Assembly (NCBI GenBank): GCA_026396065.1 | Contig: JAPLXO010000004.1 | Span: 18,387-82,386 of the forward strand | Length of the DNA: 64,000 nt | Direction: 5' to 3' | From: Candidatus Nomurabacteria bacterium | Lineage (GTDB): Bacteria > Patescibacteriota > Minisyncoccia > Phycocordibacterales > UBA9973 | In this document: positions 18,915-28,033 of the stretch, piece after piece | Layout of the letters: every line of letters starts with the position of its first letter | Numbering within the stretch: position 1 is the stretch's first letter | Program-made: the position numbers and the translations under genes | Notes under the pieces: model-generated | What the model was told of the DNA's origin: nothing | Seen by the model: only the letters and a program-made list of their open reading frames with translations | The model's database searches: none

Positions 18915-18936
18915 AAGTGTTTCACGTGAAACACTT
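18915..18936. promoter_or_regulatory. 22-bp perfect palindrome aagtgtttcacgtgaaacactt, ~60 bp upstream of the yraN operon start.
   Basis: Seen in sequence. A perfect DnaA-box consensus TTATCCACA also occurs at 19060-19068 in the same intergenic region. Confidence 0.4.
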
Positions 18937-19176
18937 TACTATAAAAAAGCTGTTTTTATGTCTTTTATATAAAATGTCTTTATAATATAAGCTAGAATGG
19001 AAATTAACTACTTAAATAAACAGATAAATATATGTCCTTTATACACAATACCCCCACAGTTATCCACAGTTTTAGATAAAATCCTTACAAAATAAGGAAT
19101 AAACAAAAGGACAACTTGCTAAGTTTTTGAATTGATTTCGTTGTGAATCCGAGCTGATTAGGCTAGTACTTAAATG

Positions 19177-19248
19177 TGCACCCGGAGGGATTCGAACCCC
19201 CAACAACTGCTTCGAAGGCAGGCATGATATCCATTTCACTACGGGTGC
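19177..19248 (-). tRNA. tRNA-Arg (anticodon TCG), 72 nt.
   Basis: Acceptor GCACCCG/CGGGTGC, anticodon loop CTTCGAA, T-arm GGGGG-TTCGAAT-CCCTC. There is one C·T mismatch at the top of the anticodon stem. Confidence 0.65.
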
Positions 19249-19430
19249 AGTAAATGTCTTATAAGTATAAGCTAAATAAAGAATTAAGTAAATCAATAAT
19301 TTTGCATTAGAAATAAAAAAGTATATAATACATGTATAAAATTTTATAAATTAGCCACGCGTTTATGGTTTAGTGATTTATCATGCCACCGAGCTACGTT
19401 TAGGTTTCAATATTAAGAGTTAAGATAAAA

Positions 19431-19501
19431 GCGGTTATGGTTTAGTGGTAGAACACGTCCTTGCCAAGGATGAGACGGGAGTTCGATTCTCCCTAGCCGC
19501 A
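19431..19501 (+). tRNA. tRNA-Gly (anticodon GCC), 71 nt.
   Basis: Acceptor GCGGTTA/TAGCCGC, anticodon stem CGTCC/GGATG with loop TTGCCAA, T-arm GGGAG-TTCGATT-CTCCC. Confidence 0.8.
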
Positions 19502-19521
19502 CACAAAGAAGAATTAGCAAA

Positions 19522-21039
19522 GTGGAAACACTTACAAAGAACTTAATAGGGAAAGTACCTGAAAAGGTTTTAAATATTTTAACTACTTTAGAAAAAGGAG
19601 GTTTTGAAGCGTACCTAGTCGGTGGATGTGTTAGAGACATGATCATCGGAAGGGAACCAAAAGACTGGGACATTACGACAAATGCGACCCCTGAGCAAAT
19701 AATACCTTTGTTTGAGAAAACTATCTATGAAAACAAGTTCGGGACAGTAGGAGTGTGTGTTATTCGTGAAACAACAGGGGAGGATGTTTCACAAGAAACC
19801 AAATACGACATAATTGAGGTGACACCTTATAGAATAGAAGGCTTATATAGCGATAAAAGACACCCAGACGAGGTTAAATTCAGTCAAAGGATAGAAGATG
19901 ACTTAAAAAGACGCGACTTCACTATAAACGCATTAGCCCTAAATTCTAAAGGACACCTAGTAGATCTATTTGAAGGTATAAAGGACATTCAAAATAAAAC
20001 TATCCGTACAGTAGGAGATGCAAAAGAAAGGTTTAATGAAGATGCTTTGCGATTAATTCGTGCTGTGAGGTTTTCCACAGAATTGGATTTCGTAATTTCT
20101 CACGAGACAATTTCTGCAATTGTGGAAAACTCTGCATTAATAAAAAATATTTCTTTTGAAAGAATTCGTGATGAATTTTCAAAAATAATTATGTCTAAAT
20201 ATCCGATGACAGGCATCGGTATGCTTTCAAAATTAAAATTGTTGCAACATATTATTCCTGAACTCGAAGAAGGAATTAATTGTGAACAAAAAGGCGAACA
20301 CATTTATGATGTCTTCGAACATATCTTGCACGCGCTCGGACACGCAGCAGATAAAAAAGAGCCTTTAGATATAAGGCTCTCTGCGCTCTTTCACGATATA
20401 GGGAAGCCACGCACCCGCAGATGGGACGGCACAAAAGCTGGAGGAAAAGGGAAGTACACTTTCTACGGACACGAAGTCGTCGGTGCACGAATGGTAAAAA
20501 AAATAATGGAGCGATTAAAATTCCCTGGAGATATTTCAGAGAAAGTAGAAAAATTAGTTCGCTATCATATGTTCTTCTCTGACACAGAAACGATTACACT
20601 TTCTGCTGTGCGCAGAGTAATTGTAAATGTGGGGAAAACTAATATTTGGGATTTAATGAAAGTTCGCGAATGTGACCGTGTCGGTATGAAGAAAAAAGAA
20701 GCTCCTTACAGACTTCGCAAATATCATGCAATGATCGAAGAATGCTTGCGTGATCCTATCTCTGTTTCACAATTAAAAATAGATGGTACTATTCTAATGA
20801 ATGAACTCGGTATAAAACCCGGTCCTAAAATGGGCTTTATTTTAAATGCTTTATTGGAAGAAGTCCTTGATGACCCGAGTAAAAATGTCCGTGAATACCT
20901 CGATGTCCGTGTGGCTAAATTAAATTCTCTATCGGACACAGACCTCAAAGCTCTCGGAGAAAAAGCAAAAGAAAAGAAAGAGGAACTCGAAGAAAAAGAA
21001 GTTTTGCAATTACACAAAAAACATGGTGTAACGAAATAA
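19522..21039 (+). CDS. cca: CCA-adding tRNA nucleotidyltransferase (PolyA-pol head domain plus HD domain).
   Basis: 505 aa. GGCVRDMIIGREPKDWDITT head-domain motif and the HD motif ALFHDIGKP. GTG start. Confidence 0.8.
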   Translation: METLTKNLIGKVPEKVLNILTTLEKGGFEAYLVGGCVRDMIIGREPKDWDITTNATPEQIIPLFEKTIYENKFGTVGVCVIRETTGEDVSQETKYDIIEVTPYRIEGLYSDKRHPDEVKFSQRIEDDLKRRDFTINALALNSKGHLVDLFEGIKDIQNKTIRTVGDAKERFNEDALRLIRAVRFSTELDFVISHETISAIVENSALIKNISFERIRDEFSKIIMSKYPMTGIGMLSKLKLLQHIIPELEEGINCEQKGEHIYDVFEHILHALGHAADKKEPLDIRLSALFHDIGKPRTRRWDGTKAGGKGKYTFYGHEVVGARMVKKIMERLKFPGDISEKVEKLVRYHMFFSDTETITLSAVRRVIVNVGKTNIWDLMKVRECDRVGMKKKEAPYRLRKYHAMIEECLRDPISVSQLKIDGTILMNELGIKPGPKMGFILNALLEEVLDDPSKNVREYLDVRVAKLNSLSDTDLKALGEKAKEKKEELEEKEVLQLHKKHGVTK

Positions 21040-21078
21040 AAAAAAGAGTCTCCATTGTTGTCACAATGAACGACTCTT

Positions 21079-21609
21079 TTAGAAAAAATGTTTTAAAAAT
21101 TCTAGTCCATAGAAAAATCCGGACAAGACTACTACCGCCAAAAGATTATTTAAAAATGAACTTAACACAGCCAATATCCAAACTCGGGGAGTTCGAATTC
21201 CATTATATAAATAATATCCATTGCGATAATACAAAACTACTACCATTGGGTCCCAAAACAAAAAGAAAATTAGTAATATATATCTACCTTTGTTTGCCCA
21301 TTTACCAATAGCTTTAGTAATTGGATTTTGTTTTTCCATAGTTGTTGATTGTTCTTGTGCTTCTTTGAGTGCTTCGATTAAAAGCCAGTCGATTTTTATT
21401 ATGTCATAAACAAAAATAGTTATAACAAAAAGAGCAACAGAGCTTCCAAACAAAACTAAAATACTCCACCAAAAACTAAAATGACAAACAATATAAGGAC
21501 ACAAGATCAAACCGTATGATAAATTTATCATCCTATGTATTACAAACCCAATACCGAATATGCCAATTTTTTTAAGGTTTGACAGAACCCAGTTTTTTAA
21601 ATTTTCCAA
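21079..21609 (-). CDS. Polytopic membrane hypothetical protein (176 aa).
   Basis: Several hydrophobic helices. Confidence 0.45.
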   Translation of the reverse strand: MENLKNWVLSNLKKIGIFGIGFVIHRMINLSYGLILCPYIVCHFSFWWSILVLFGSSVALFVITIFVYDIIKIDWLLIEALKEAQEQSTTMEKQNPITKAIGKWANKGRYILLIFFLFWDPMVVVLYYRNGYYLYNGIRTPRVWILAVLSSFLNNLLAVVVLSGFFYGLEFLKHFF

Positions 21610-21752
21610 GGTTCCTCCTTTTTTAATATGTTAAATAACTCTGTAAACTATACAGCCATACTAGCACAATTTTATTTATTTAAAAGAAATATAACTTTTA
21701 TCAAAAAATAAAAAAACCGACTAGAATAAATCTGAGTCGGTTTTTTGATGCG

Positions 21753-21876
21753 TGCACTTGATGGGACTCGAACCCATACACCATGAATCTACACTACTTG
21801 TTTGGACCAAATAGAATAAACCAGGACTTACCCAGATCCTAATTCTGGAGCTCTACCAATTGTTAGCTACAAATGC
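21753..21876 (-). tRNA. Atypical tRNA-Leu(TAG)-like gene, 124 nt, with a ~54-nt insertion between the anticodon stem and the T-arm.
   Basis: By hand: acceptor GCATTTG/CAAGTGC (one G·U pair), D-arm, perfect anticodon stem CCAGA/TCTGG with loop ATTAGGA, canonical T-arm ATGGG-TTCGAGT-CCCAT. The 54 nt between them is far longer than a class II variable arm. Confidence 0.5.
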
Positions 21877-21887
21877 ATTCCATAACA

Positions 21888-22232
21888 CTACTGACGTTTT
21901 TTTAATTTAAAATACTTTACAATTTTAAAAATAAATTCATCAATAGTGAGATACTCGTGTGAAAACTTTTGTTCTTTTGAAATCTTTTTTCCTTCTTTTA
22001 CTTCTTTATCAGTGAAAATACCAAAACCAAAACCTTTTCCTCTAACAGTAGAAAAAATAATGAACTTTGCTTTTGGCTTCTTTTCCATTTCGTAAAAATA
22101 GAAATTAAGGGTTAAATTAAGTTCTTGAAGCTCATCAGGAGCCAAAAACAAACGGAACATTTTCACAACTGTTTCTATTCTTTCTTTGCCCGAAACAGTG
22201 GCAACTGGTGCGTAAGTAAAATAACTTTTCAT
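21888..22232 (-). CDS. Hypothetical protein (114 aa).
   Basis: ORF. No family recognised. Confidence 0.4.
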   Translation of the reverse strand: MKSYFTYAPVATVSGKERIETVVKMFRLFLAPDELQELNLTLNFYFYEMEKKPKAKFIIFSTVRGKGFGFGIFTDKEVKEGKKISKEQKFSHEYLTIDEFIFKIVKYFKLKKRQ

Positions 22233-22391
22233 TGTATATAATTTTTAAAGAACAGCAACATTGCTGTTCTGATATAAAGATATCAACCGTGCAATATATT
22301 TATTTTTTGATATAATGAGTATATTAGAAATATGTTGATATATAAGGCTTTTTTGTAATAAATACAAATTTGTTCGTCTAAAGTAACAAAA

Positions 22392-23180
22392 ATGAACCAA
22401 AAGATTATAGAAAAAATACAAAAAATAGGGCTTTCTGATAAGGAGGCAAGAGTATATTTATACTTACTCGCCTCGCAAGGCGCATACCCCTCAAAGGTAG
22501 CCACTGAAACACGCCTCAATAGAAGCACAGTATATAAAATACTCACTGGGCTCTCAATTAAAGGCCTCGCGACAGAGATTGAGCATGGTAAAAAAATATT
22601 TTACCAGCCAGAATCATTGAATAAATTAAAGAGGTATATGGATTATCAAATTGAACGCGCAGAAAATGCCAAAGAATCTGCGATTAAGATGATGCCTGAG
22701 CTCGAGGAACTCTTTGCAAAAGCAGATAACCCAAAAGTTTCTTTCTATAAAGGAAAAGAACAAGTTATCGAGGCATATCTACGCCATGTGCAAGTCGAAA
22801 AGCCATATAGAATGACTGCTTTTGCGAATGTTCAATACATTACAAAGTTCTTACCGGAGAAAGTATTTAATTTTTACAAGAAAGAAAAGACGCGTATTGG
22901 TATAACTGCACGAGGAGTAACCTCTTCAAGCCCTTACAGTCACCAGTTCCAAAAAGATATCTATAGCAAGGTAAAGAGAAGTATTCGTCCAGAATTACGT
23001 TTTATCCCAGAACAACTTTTCCCATTCTCAGCAGAAATGACGATGTTTGATCATAATAAAGTCTCTATAGTAAAATTCGATGAGCAAAACCCTATCGCTA
23101 TAGTCATAGAAGACAAAATGGTGCATGACATGATGAATATGTTATTTGAATTCGTCTGGAAACGAGCAGAGAAAAAATAA
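22392..23180 (+). CDS. TrmB-family transcriptional regulator (paralog 1).
   Basis: N-terminal wHTH (IGLSDKEARVYLYLLASQGAYPSKVATETRLNRSTVYKIL) typical of TrmB. Shares a C-terminal domain with the 25773 paralog (VSFYKGKEQV / VLFYEGKEGL). Confidence 0.65.
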   Translation: MNQKIIEKIQKIGLSDKEARVYLYLLASQGAYPSKVATETRLNRSTVYKILTGLSIKGLATEIEHGKKIFYQPESLNKLKRYMDYQIERAENAKESAIKMMPELEELFAKADNPKVSFYKGKEQVIEAYLRHVQVEKPYRMTAFANVQYITKFLPEKVFNFYKKEKTRIGITARGVTSSSPYSHQFQKDIYSKVKRSIRPELRFIPEQLFPFSAEMTMFDHNKVSIVKFDEQNPIAIVIEDKMVHDMMNMLFEFVWKRAEKK

Positions 23181-23195
23181 CTTATAGTGGATTTA

Positions 23196-23870
23196 TTAAA
23201 TAGTCATATGGCTTTGTTTCCATTTTGAGACATCAGCCCAGTCAGAAAATTTTTCAACTGAAGTAATAGTAATATTGTAGGCATTTTTCGGATGCTGATC
23301 AAAGAAATATCTATGTAAATCATCAGATATAAGTACTGCTTTCTTATCTAGAGTATCAATATTTAGCTTGTAAATAATTGGATTATACTCACCATTTTCA
23401 ACTATATTTTCTCTTATAAGAAATTTGTTATCAATCGTACAATCGGTGTAAATAATATTTCTATTAACAAACCCGAAACCCAAGTTACAAAAAGATATTT
23501 TTTCTAATCCAGTATCTAAGTCGTATACTTTCGTCTCACGAACAAGTGAAGTTCCAAGGTCAGCAATAATGTATTTATCATCTTGTGTTACGTAATTAAT
23601 GATCATATGATACGCATCAACTTTTTTTAATAAGATAGTTTTATTTGTATTTTTATCTAAAACTTTTACATCATGTAAAATAGAATCGTTGTTTGCATCA
23701 GCATCAACTATTTCTACTGCAAGTCTAGGGTTACCAATGTCTAATGTTTTTGGAGTAATTTTATTTATTTGAATAGCCTGATCTACCACTTTTTTACCAA
23801 AGAAATGCTGGGAAACAATTAATCCCGCAAAAACTAAAATAAGTACGATAATTACTTTTTTCATACACAT
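23196..23870 (-). CDS. Secreted or membrane-anchored hypothetical protein (224 aa).
   Basis: N-terminal signal/TM MCMKKVIIVLILVFAGLIVS. Co-directional with, and downstream of, the Cys-rich gene. Confidence 0.5.
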   Translation of the reverse strand: MCMKKVIIVLILVFAGLIVSQHFFGKKVVDQAIQINKITPKTLDIGNPRLAVEIVDADANNDSILHDVKVLDKNTNKTILLKKVDAYHMIINYVTQDDKYIIADLGTSLVRETKVYDLDTGLEKISFCNLGFGFVNRNIIYTDCTIDNKFLIRENIVENGEYNPIIYKLNIDTLDKKAVLISDDLHRYFFDQHPKNAYNITITSVEKFSDWADVSKWKQSHMTI

Positions 23871-23936
23871 ATAATACCATAGAAGTATGTGGTGAAATAA
23901 AAAACTCTTAATAAATTTATTAAGAGTTTTTTATTG

Positions 23937-25670
23937 CTATGAAACTTCTTGTTGATAGCAGGATTCACAGTAGACTATTTCTTTTCGGTCGGGGGAGTAT
24001 GAAGTTTCAAACTTTACATCACAATGATTTTCACCGTGAATATGATTTTTTAATTCACACATACAAGACCTTGGATAAAGTTTTCTCGGATTTCTTTTTG
24101 CCATACGAGCACGGTGACGACATTCGAAATCTTTGTGTGGAAGTGGAATATTCATTCGCTTATAAAAGTCGAGTTCCATTTTTGTAATACGAAAATTTTT
24201 ATCACACTCTTCACAAACCAGAATTTCATTTAAAAAATTATCATCTACGTTTTCAATACTGTTTGGCACTTCACCTTTTTTAATAGTTTCTTTACCATAG
24301 GTGCCTGTAGTTTTTTCTTGCCAAGAAAATCCACGCTTCAATGCCTCTTCTTTTGTGAGAGGGAATAAATCATGAGCCAATGTTTCGTTATAACCAAAAG
24401 GAGAAATGTCTGGAGAAAAATATTGCCCCCAGGTACCATCTTGTTTTAATTGATTTTCAATTTGTTCTTTTAATTTAAGATATTCTTCTTTTGAATATTC
24501 TTTATTTAGAATCATATTATTTCCTTTTCGAATAGCAGTGCAACCAAAAGAATTTGTCAAGTTATAGCAATTATCACAATAGTCTAAGTCAGTAGAATAG
24601 AAAACGAAAACACAATTTTTAGATCGGCTTAACTGCATTGCACCCATAATATTATAATTAAATTCGCATTTATAATAATAATTATTGCAATCCATACTAT
24701 CTGTAGGATTTTCAGAGTCGGTCATATAAGAACAATTTTTTGCATCATAAGTATCATAGAGCATTACACCTTGATGACAATTATGTAAATAATCTCCAGA
24801 GACATCATGGCATTTTGTTTGGCAAGCAAATTTTCTAACTGTCTCCTTTTTTAATTCTTCAAATTCTTTTTTGGCTTGTTCGATGTTTTCATAACTAGAA
24901 AAAATCTCTGCTTTTTTCTTTTCATATTCTTCTTTAGAATATTTTACATTAAAAATAGCATTTGAAACATTGCGTCCATTCGTGCAGAAAATACAATTGT
25001 TTGAATTGCGCATATTGTAGCAGAAGAGTAAATCACTAGATTCTTGGCATTGCTCAGAATACATACACTTGAAACACTTTCGGCTATCGATAGTCTCATA
25101 GCAAAGCTCTGATTCGTGTAAAAATGCACAGTCCACACAGCCTTTATTTCTCTGTAACAATCTTCCATACAAACAATCTTCATTGTAATCCGCGGCGAAA
25201 ATTAAATAACAATCTTTATTTTCTGCAGAGCCATTTGTATAATCACTGCGGACATTGTTGTGAATCATAATGCCTAGGCGTGGTGTTTCTTTTACTAAAT
25301 CATTAAACTGTTCAAAAAAAGATTTGTTTAAATCATAATTTTTTCCAAAACTTTTTGGATCCCAATTGTCACTCCACCAACATTCGTAACAATATACATT
25401 GTATGGAGACTCTGGCGCATAAACAGAAATAAAATCTTTTTCACAAAGACCACAGGGACGTTTATAAAAAGTCCTTTCATTACGAAAAACCAATCGCCTT
25501 GCCATACGGCAATCAGGGCAGTAGAGAGGTGGCGCAGTTTTCACTTGCTCATAAAAAGTGAGGTCTGCATCTCGTATTTCAAATTCCTTTTCACAACTTT
25601 TACAATTTTTTATAATCATAATTACTAAAGTATATACTAATGCACTATATTTGTCAAGGATATTCGTCAT
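23937..25670 (-). CDS. Cysteine-rich cytoplasmic protein (577 aa, ~55 Cys) with duplicated N- and C-terminal zinc-ribbon modules.
   Basis: N-terminal CKSCEKEFEI...FYEQV...YCPDCR and C-terminal CEECDKNFRI...FYKRMN...CRHR repeat the same pattern. The interior holds dozens of CxxC / NCxFC units. No signal peptide. Confidence 0.6.
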   Translation of the reverse strand: MTNILDKYSALVYTLVIMIIKNCKSCEKEFEIRDADLTFYEQVKTAPPLYCPDCRMARRLVFRNERTFYKRPCGLCEKDFISVYAPESPYNVYCYECWWSDNWDPKSFGKNYDLNKSFFEQFNDLVKETPRLGIMIHNNVRSDYTNGSAENKDCYLIFAADYNEDCLYGRLLQRNKGCVDCAFLHESELCYETIDSRKCFKCMYSEQCQESSDLLFCYNMRNSNNCIFCTNGRNVSNAIFNVKYSKEEYEKKKAEIFSSYENIEQAKKEFEELKKETVRKFACQTKCHDVSGDYLHNCHQGVMLYDTYDAKNCSYMTDSENPTDSMDCNNYYYKCEFNYNIMGAMQLSRSKNCVFVFYSTDLDYCDNCYNLTNSFGCTAIRKGNNMILNKEYSKEEYLKLKEQIENQLKQDGTWGQYFSPDISPFGYNETLAHDLFPLTKEEALKRGFSWQEKTTGTYGKETIKKGEVPNSIENVDDNFLNEILVCEECDKNFRITKMELDFYKRMNIPLPHKDFECRHRARMAKRNPRKLYPRSCMCELKNHIHGENHCDVKFETSYSPDRKEIVYCESCYQQEVS

Positions 25671-25772
25671 AAAGTATCAGAACAAGCTATATATATTAAG
25701 GTATAATAGAAGTATTAAAAATAGTGTGGGATGAGCTTGACACAGATATAGCAAACAATATATACTTAAAAA

Positions 25773-26555
25773 GTGAAAAAGGAATTGTCCCCAATTGAAA
25801 AACAGCTCAAAATAATAGGTCTTTCAGAAAACGAAATCGTGATGTATGTCGCACTCCTTGAACTCGGAAAAGGAACAGTTTCACAAATATCTCGAAAAGC
25901 ATTTTTAAATAGAACGACAGGCTATGATGTTTTGGATAGATTAGTATCTAAAAATCTTATCAGTATTTCTGGTAAAGAACCGAAACAAGAATATGTAGCG
26001 GAATCTCCAGACAATGTCGGAAAATTAATTACCGAAGAACTCGAAAGAAGGCAAAGTGAATTAAACGAAGCAAAAAAAATAATTCCTGAATTAAAATCCA
26101 TTCATAATGTAGTAAACAGACCAAAAGTTTTATTTTACGAAGGAAAGGAAGGTTTGAAACAAGTATATGAAGATACATTAACTTCGACAGAACCAATTCG
26201 AGCATATGCAAGTGTAGAAAATATGCACGCAGGATTACCTGGATATTTCCCTGAATACTATAAACGCCGAGCAAAAAAAGGAATCGCTATTCGTGCTGTG
26301 GTGCCAAATAGTGAAACGGGAAGGGAAAGAAAAATTTTCGACAAGGCAGAAATGCGTGAGACAGCACTCGTGCCGACAGATATGTGCAATTTTATTCCTG
26401 AAATAAATATCTACGATAACAAAGTAATGATCGCATCGTGGCGAGAAAAGCTCGGCATCATTATTGAATCAGCGGAAATTGCCGATGCGATGAAAAAAAT
26501 ATATGAACTCGCTTGGGCAGAGGCAAAGAGATTAGACTCTGAAATTAAAAATTAA
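25773..26555 (+). CDS. TrmB-family transcriptional regulator (paralog 2).
   Basis: wHTH IIGLSENEIVMYVALLELGKGTVSQISRKAFLNRTTGYDVLDRL. GTG start. Confidence 0.65.
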   Translation: MKKELSPIEKQLKIIGLSENEIVMYVALLELGKGTVSQISRKAFLNRTTGYDVLDRLVSKNLISISGKEPKQEYVAESPDNVGKLITEELERRQSELNEAKKIIPELKSIHNVVNRPKVLFYEGKEGLKQVYEDTLTSTEPIRAYASVENMHAGLPGYFPEYYKRRAKKGIAIRAVVPNSETGRERKIFDKAEMRETALVPTDMCNFIPEINIYDNKVMIASWREKLGIIIESAEIADAMKKIYELAWAEAKRLDSEIKN

Positions 26556-26579
26556 TTAATTTATGCTAATATAAAAAAT

Positions 26580-27356
26580 ATGAAAATTGGTATATTTGAT
26601 TCAGGGGTAGGGGGGTTATTGATAGCGAAATCTATTCGTAAGACTCTACCACAATATGACTATGTATATTTAGGGGACACAAAGCGCGTACCATATGGCA
26701 ACCGAAGCCATGAAACGATTTTGGAATTCACTCGTGAAGCTGTGAAATACCTTTTTGAAAAAGAAAATTGCGGGTTGATAATAATAGCTTGCAATACGGC
26801 ATCAGCTCAAGCTTTGCACGAATTGCAAATTGAATATAAAAACAAAAAAATTCTCGGTGTAATAATTCCAGTAGCAGAAGAATCTATAAATTTTAAAAAA
26901 ATTGGTATCCTCGCTACTTCAGCTACAGTATCTTCAAACACTTTCCCTAGAGAAATAAAAGAAGTAAATAAAAATGCTAAAGTTTTTCAAAATCCTGCAC
27001 CAATGCTAGTACCACTAGCTGAAAGTGGAGAAAATAAAAATGCTTTACCTTTTATTAAGGAATATTTAAAACCTCTTTTAGCAAAAAAAATAGATGCACT
27101 TATTTTGGGATGCACGCATTACCCTATATATAAAAAAGAAATAAAAAAAATATTACCAAAGAATATTAAAATAATTTCTCAAGACGAAATAATCCCAAAA
27201 AAATTAAAAAACTATTTACAAAGACATACGGAAGTAGAAAACAAACTTTCTAAAAATGGAAAAGCAAAAATTCTTGTGACGGACAAAACAAAAAATATAG
27301 AATTTCTCGCCCATAAATGGTTTGGCAAAGAAAGCCTGAGTTTAATCGAAATTTAG
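26580..27356 (+). CDS. murI: Glutamate racemase.
   Basis: 258 aa. IGIFDSGVGGL, YLGDTKRVPYG, IACNTASA and GCTHYP motifs. Confidence 0.85.
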   Translation: MKIGIFDSGVGGLLIAKSIRKTLPQYDYVYLGDTKRVPYGNRSHETILEFTREAVKYLFEKENCGLIIIACNTASAQALHELQIEYKNKKILGVIIPVAEESINFKKIGILATSATVSSNTFPREIKEVNKNAKVFQNPAPMLVPLAESGENKNALPFIKEYLKPLLAKKIDALILGCTHYPIYKKEIKKILPKNIKIISQDEIIPKKLKNYLQRHTEVENKLSKNGKAKILVTDKTKNIEFLAHKWFGKESLSLIEI

Positions 27357-27423
27357 AAAAAAAATACCCGCCAATCAATTTAATGATTAAGCGGGATAAG
27401 TTTTTTAATAGGGGTGCGTAGTT

Positions 27424-27891
27424 CTACACTACTCTCTTCATTTTTTTATCTACAGAAGAGGCGCTGGTTTTTTTGGTCGGTAATGCCACTTTGGCATTTT
27501 TAGAAAAAAGATTAGCAGCAGGAACTGGTGATTTTGCTGCATCCTGCCATTCTCCATTCACATTTTTGGCAATCTTTGGACCAAACTTGGCAATTGCTAC
27601 TTTCCAAGCATAAGCTTCTTTATACCCATCTCTTGCTTCAAGGGCAAGAAGATGAGCATCAAGTTTTGGTCTTTTTTGTACCTCTTTTTTGAAACGTTCT
27701 TCTACCTGCCCAGGAGACAATGTAGTGACTTTTTTTACTGTTGCAGTAATTTTTCTAGTGACAGCTTCTCTGCCAAAATTTTTATTAAAACTTTTTACTG
27801 CTTTTTTTACCGCTTTTTTACTACGATGAATTACTCTTTCCAAATTACTGTACCTTTTGGATCTAGGTTTTGTTTGTGCTACTTTTGCCAT
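27424..27891 (-). CDS. Highly basic Lys/Ala-rich hypothetical protein (155 aa).
   Basis: ORF with K/R/A-rich composition, possibly nucleic-acid binding. No family recognised. Confidence 0.4.
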   Translation of the reverse strand: MAKVAQTKPRSKRYSNLERVIHRSKKAVKKAVKSFNKNFGREAVTRKITATVKKVTTLSPGQVEERFKKEVQKRPKLDAHLLALEARDGYKEAYAWKVAIAKFGPKIAKNVNGEWQDAAKSPVPAANLFSKNAKVALPTKKTSASSVDKKMKRVV

Positions 27892-28033
27892 GATTTTTCT
27901 ATTCTTTTTTAAAAGGTTAAATTTTTGTTTATTGAAACAAAAATAACCGGACTATCCGATATATTTGTATATTAGCATGTATATTTTAATAAGTCAAATT
28001 TGATTCATTAAAAATATAAATACAATATAACTT

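Noticed and set aside
19072-19296. Minus-strand 74-aa ORF.
   Set aside because: It overlaps tRNA-Arg(TCG) on the same strand. The tRNA cloverleaf is convincing and the ORF is not.
19340-19410. Possible additional tRNA upstream of tRNA-Gly(GCC).
   Set aside because: It shares ~15 nt with the tRNA-Gly 5' end but lacks a T-arm and cannot be folded into a cloverleaf on either strand. It is reported only as a fragment.
19413-19673. Minus-strand 86-aa ORF.
   Set aside because: It is antisense to tRNA-Gly(GCC) and to the start of cca. Its translation contains the classic tRNA-antisense peptide (GRIELPSHPWQGRVLPLN).
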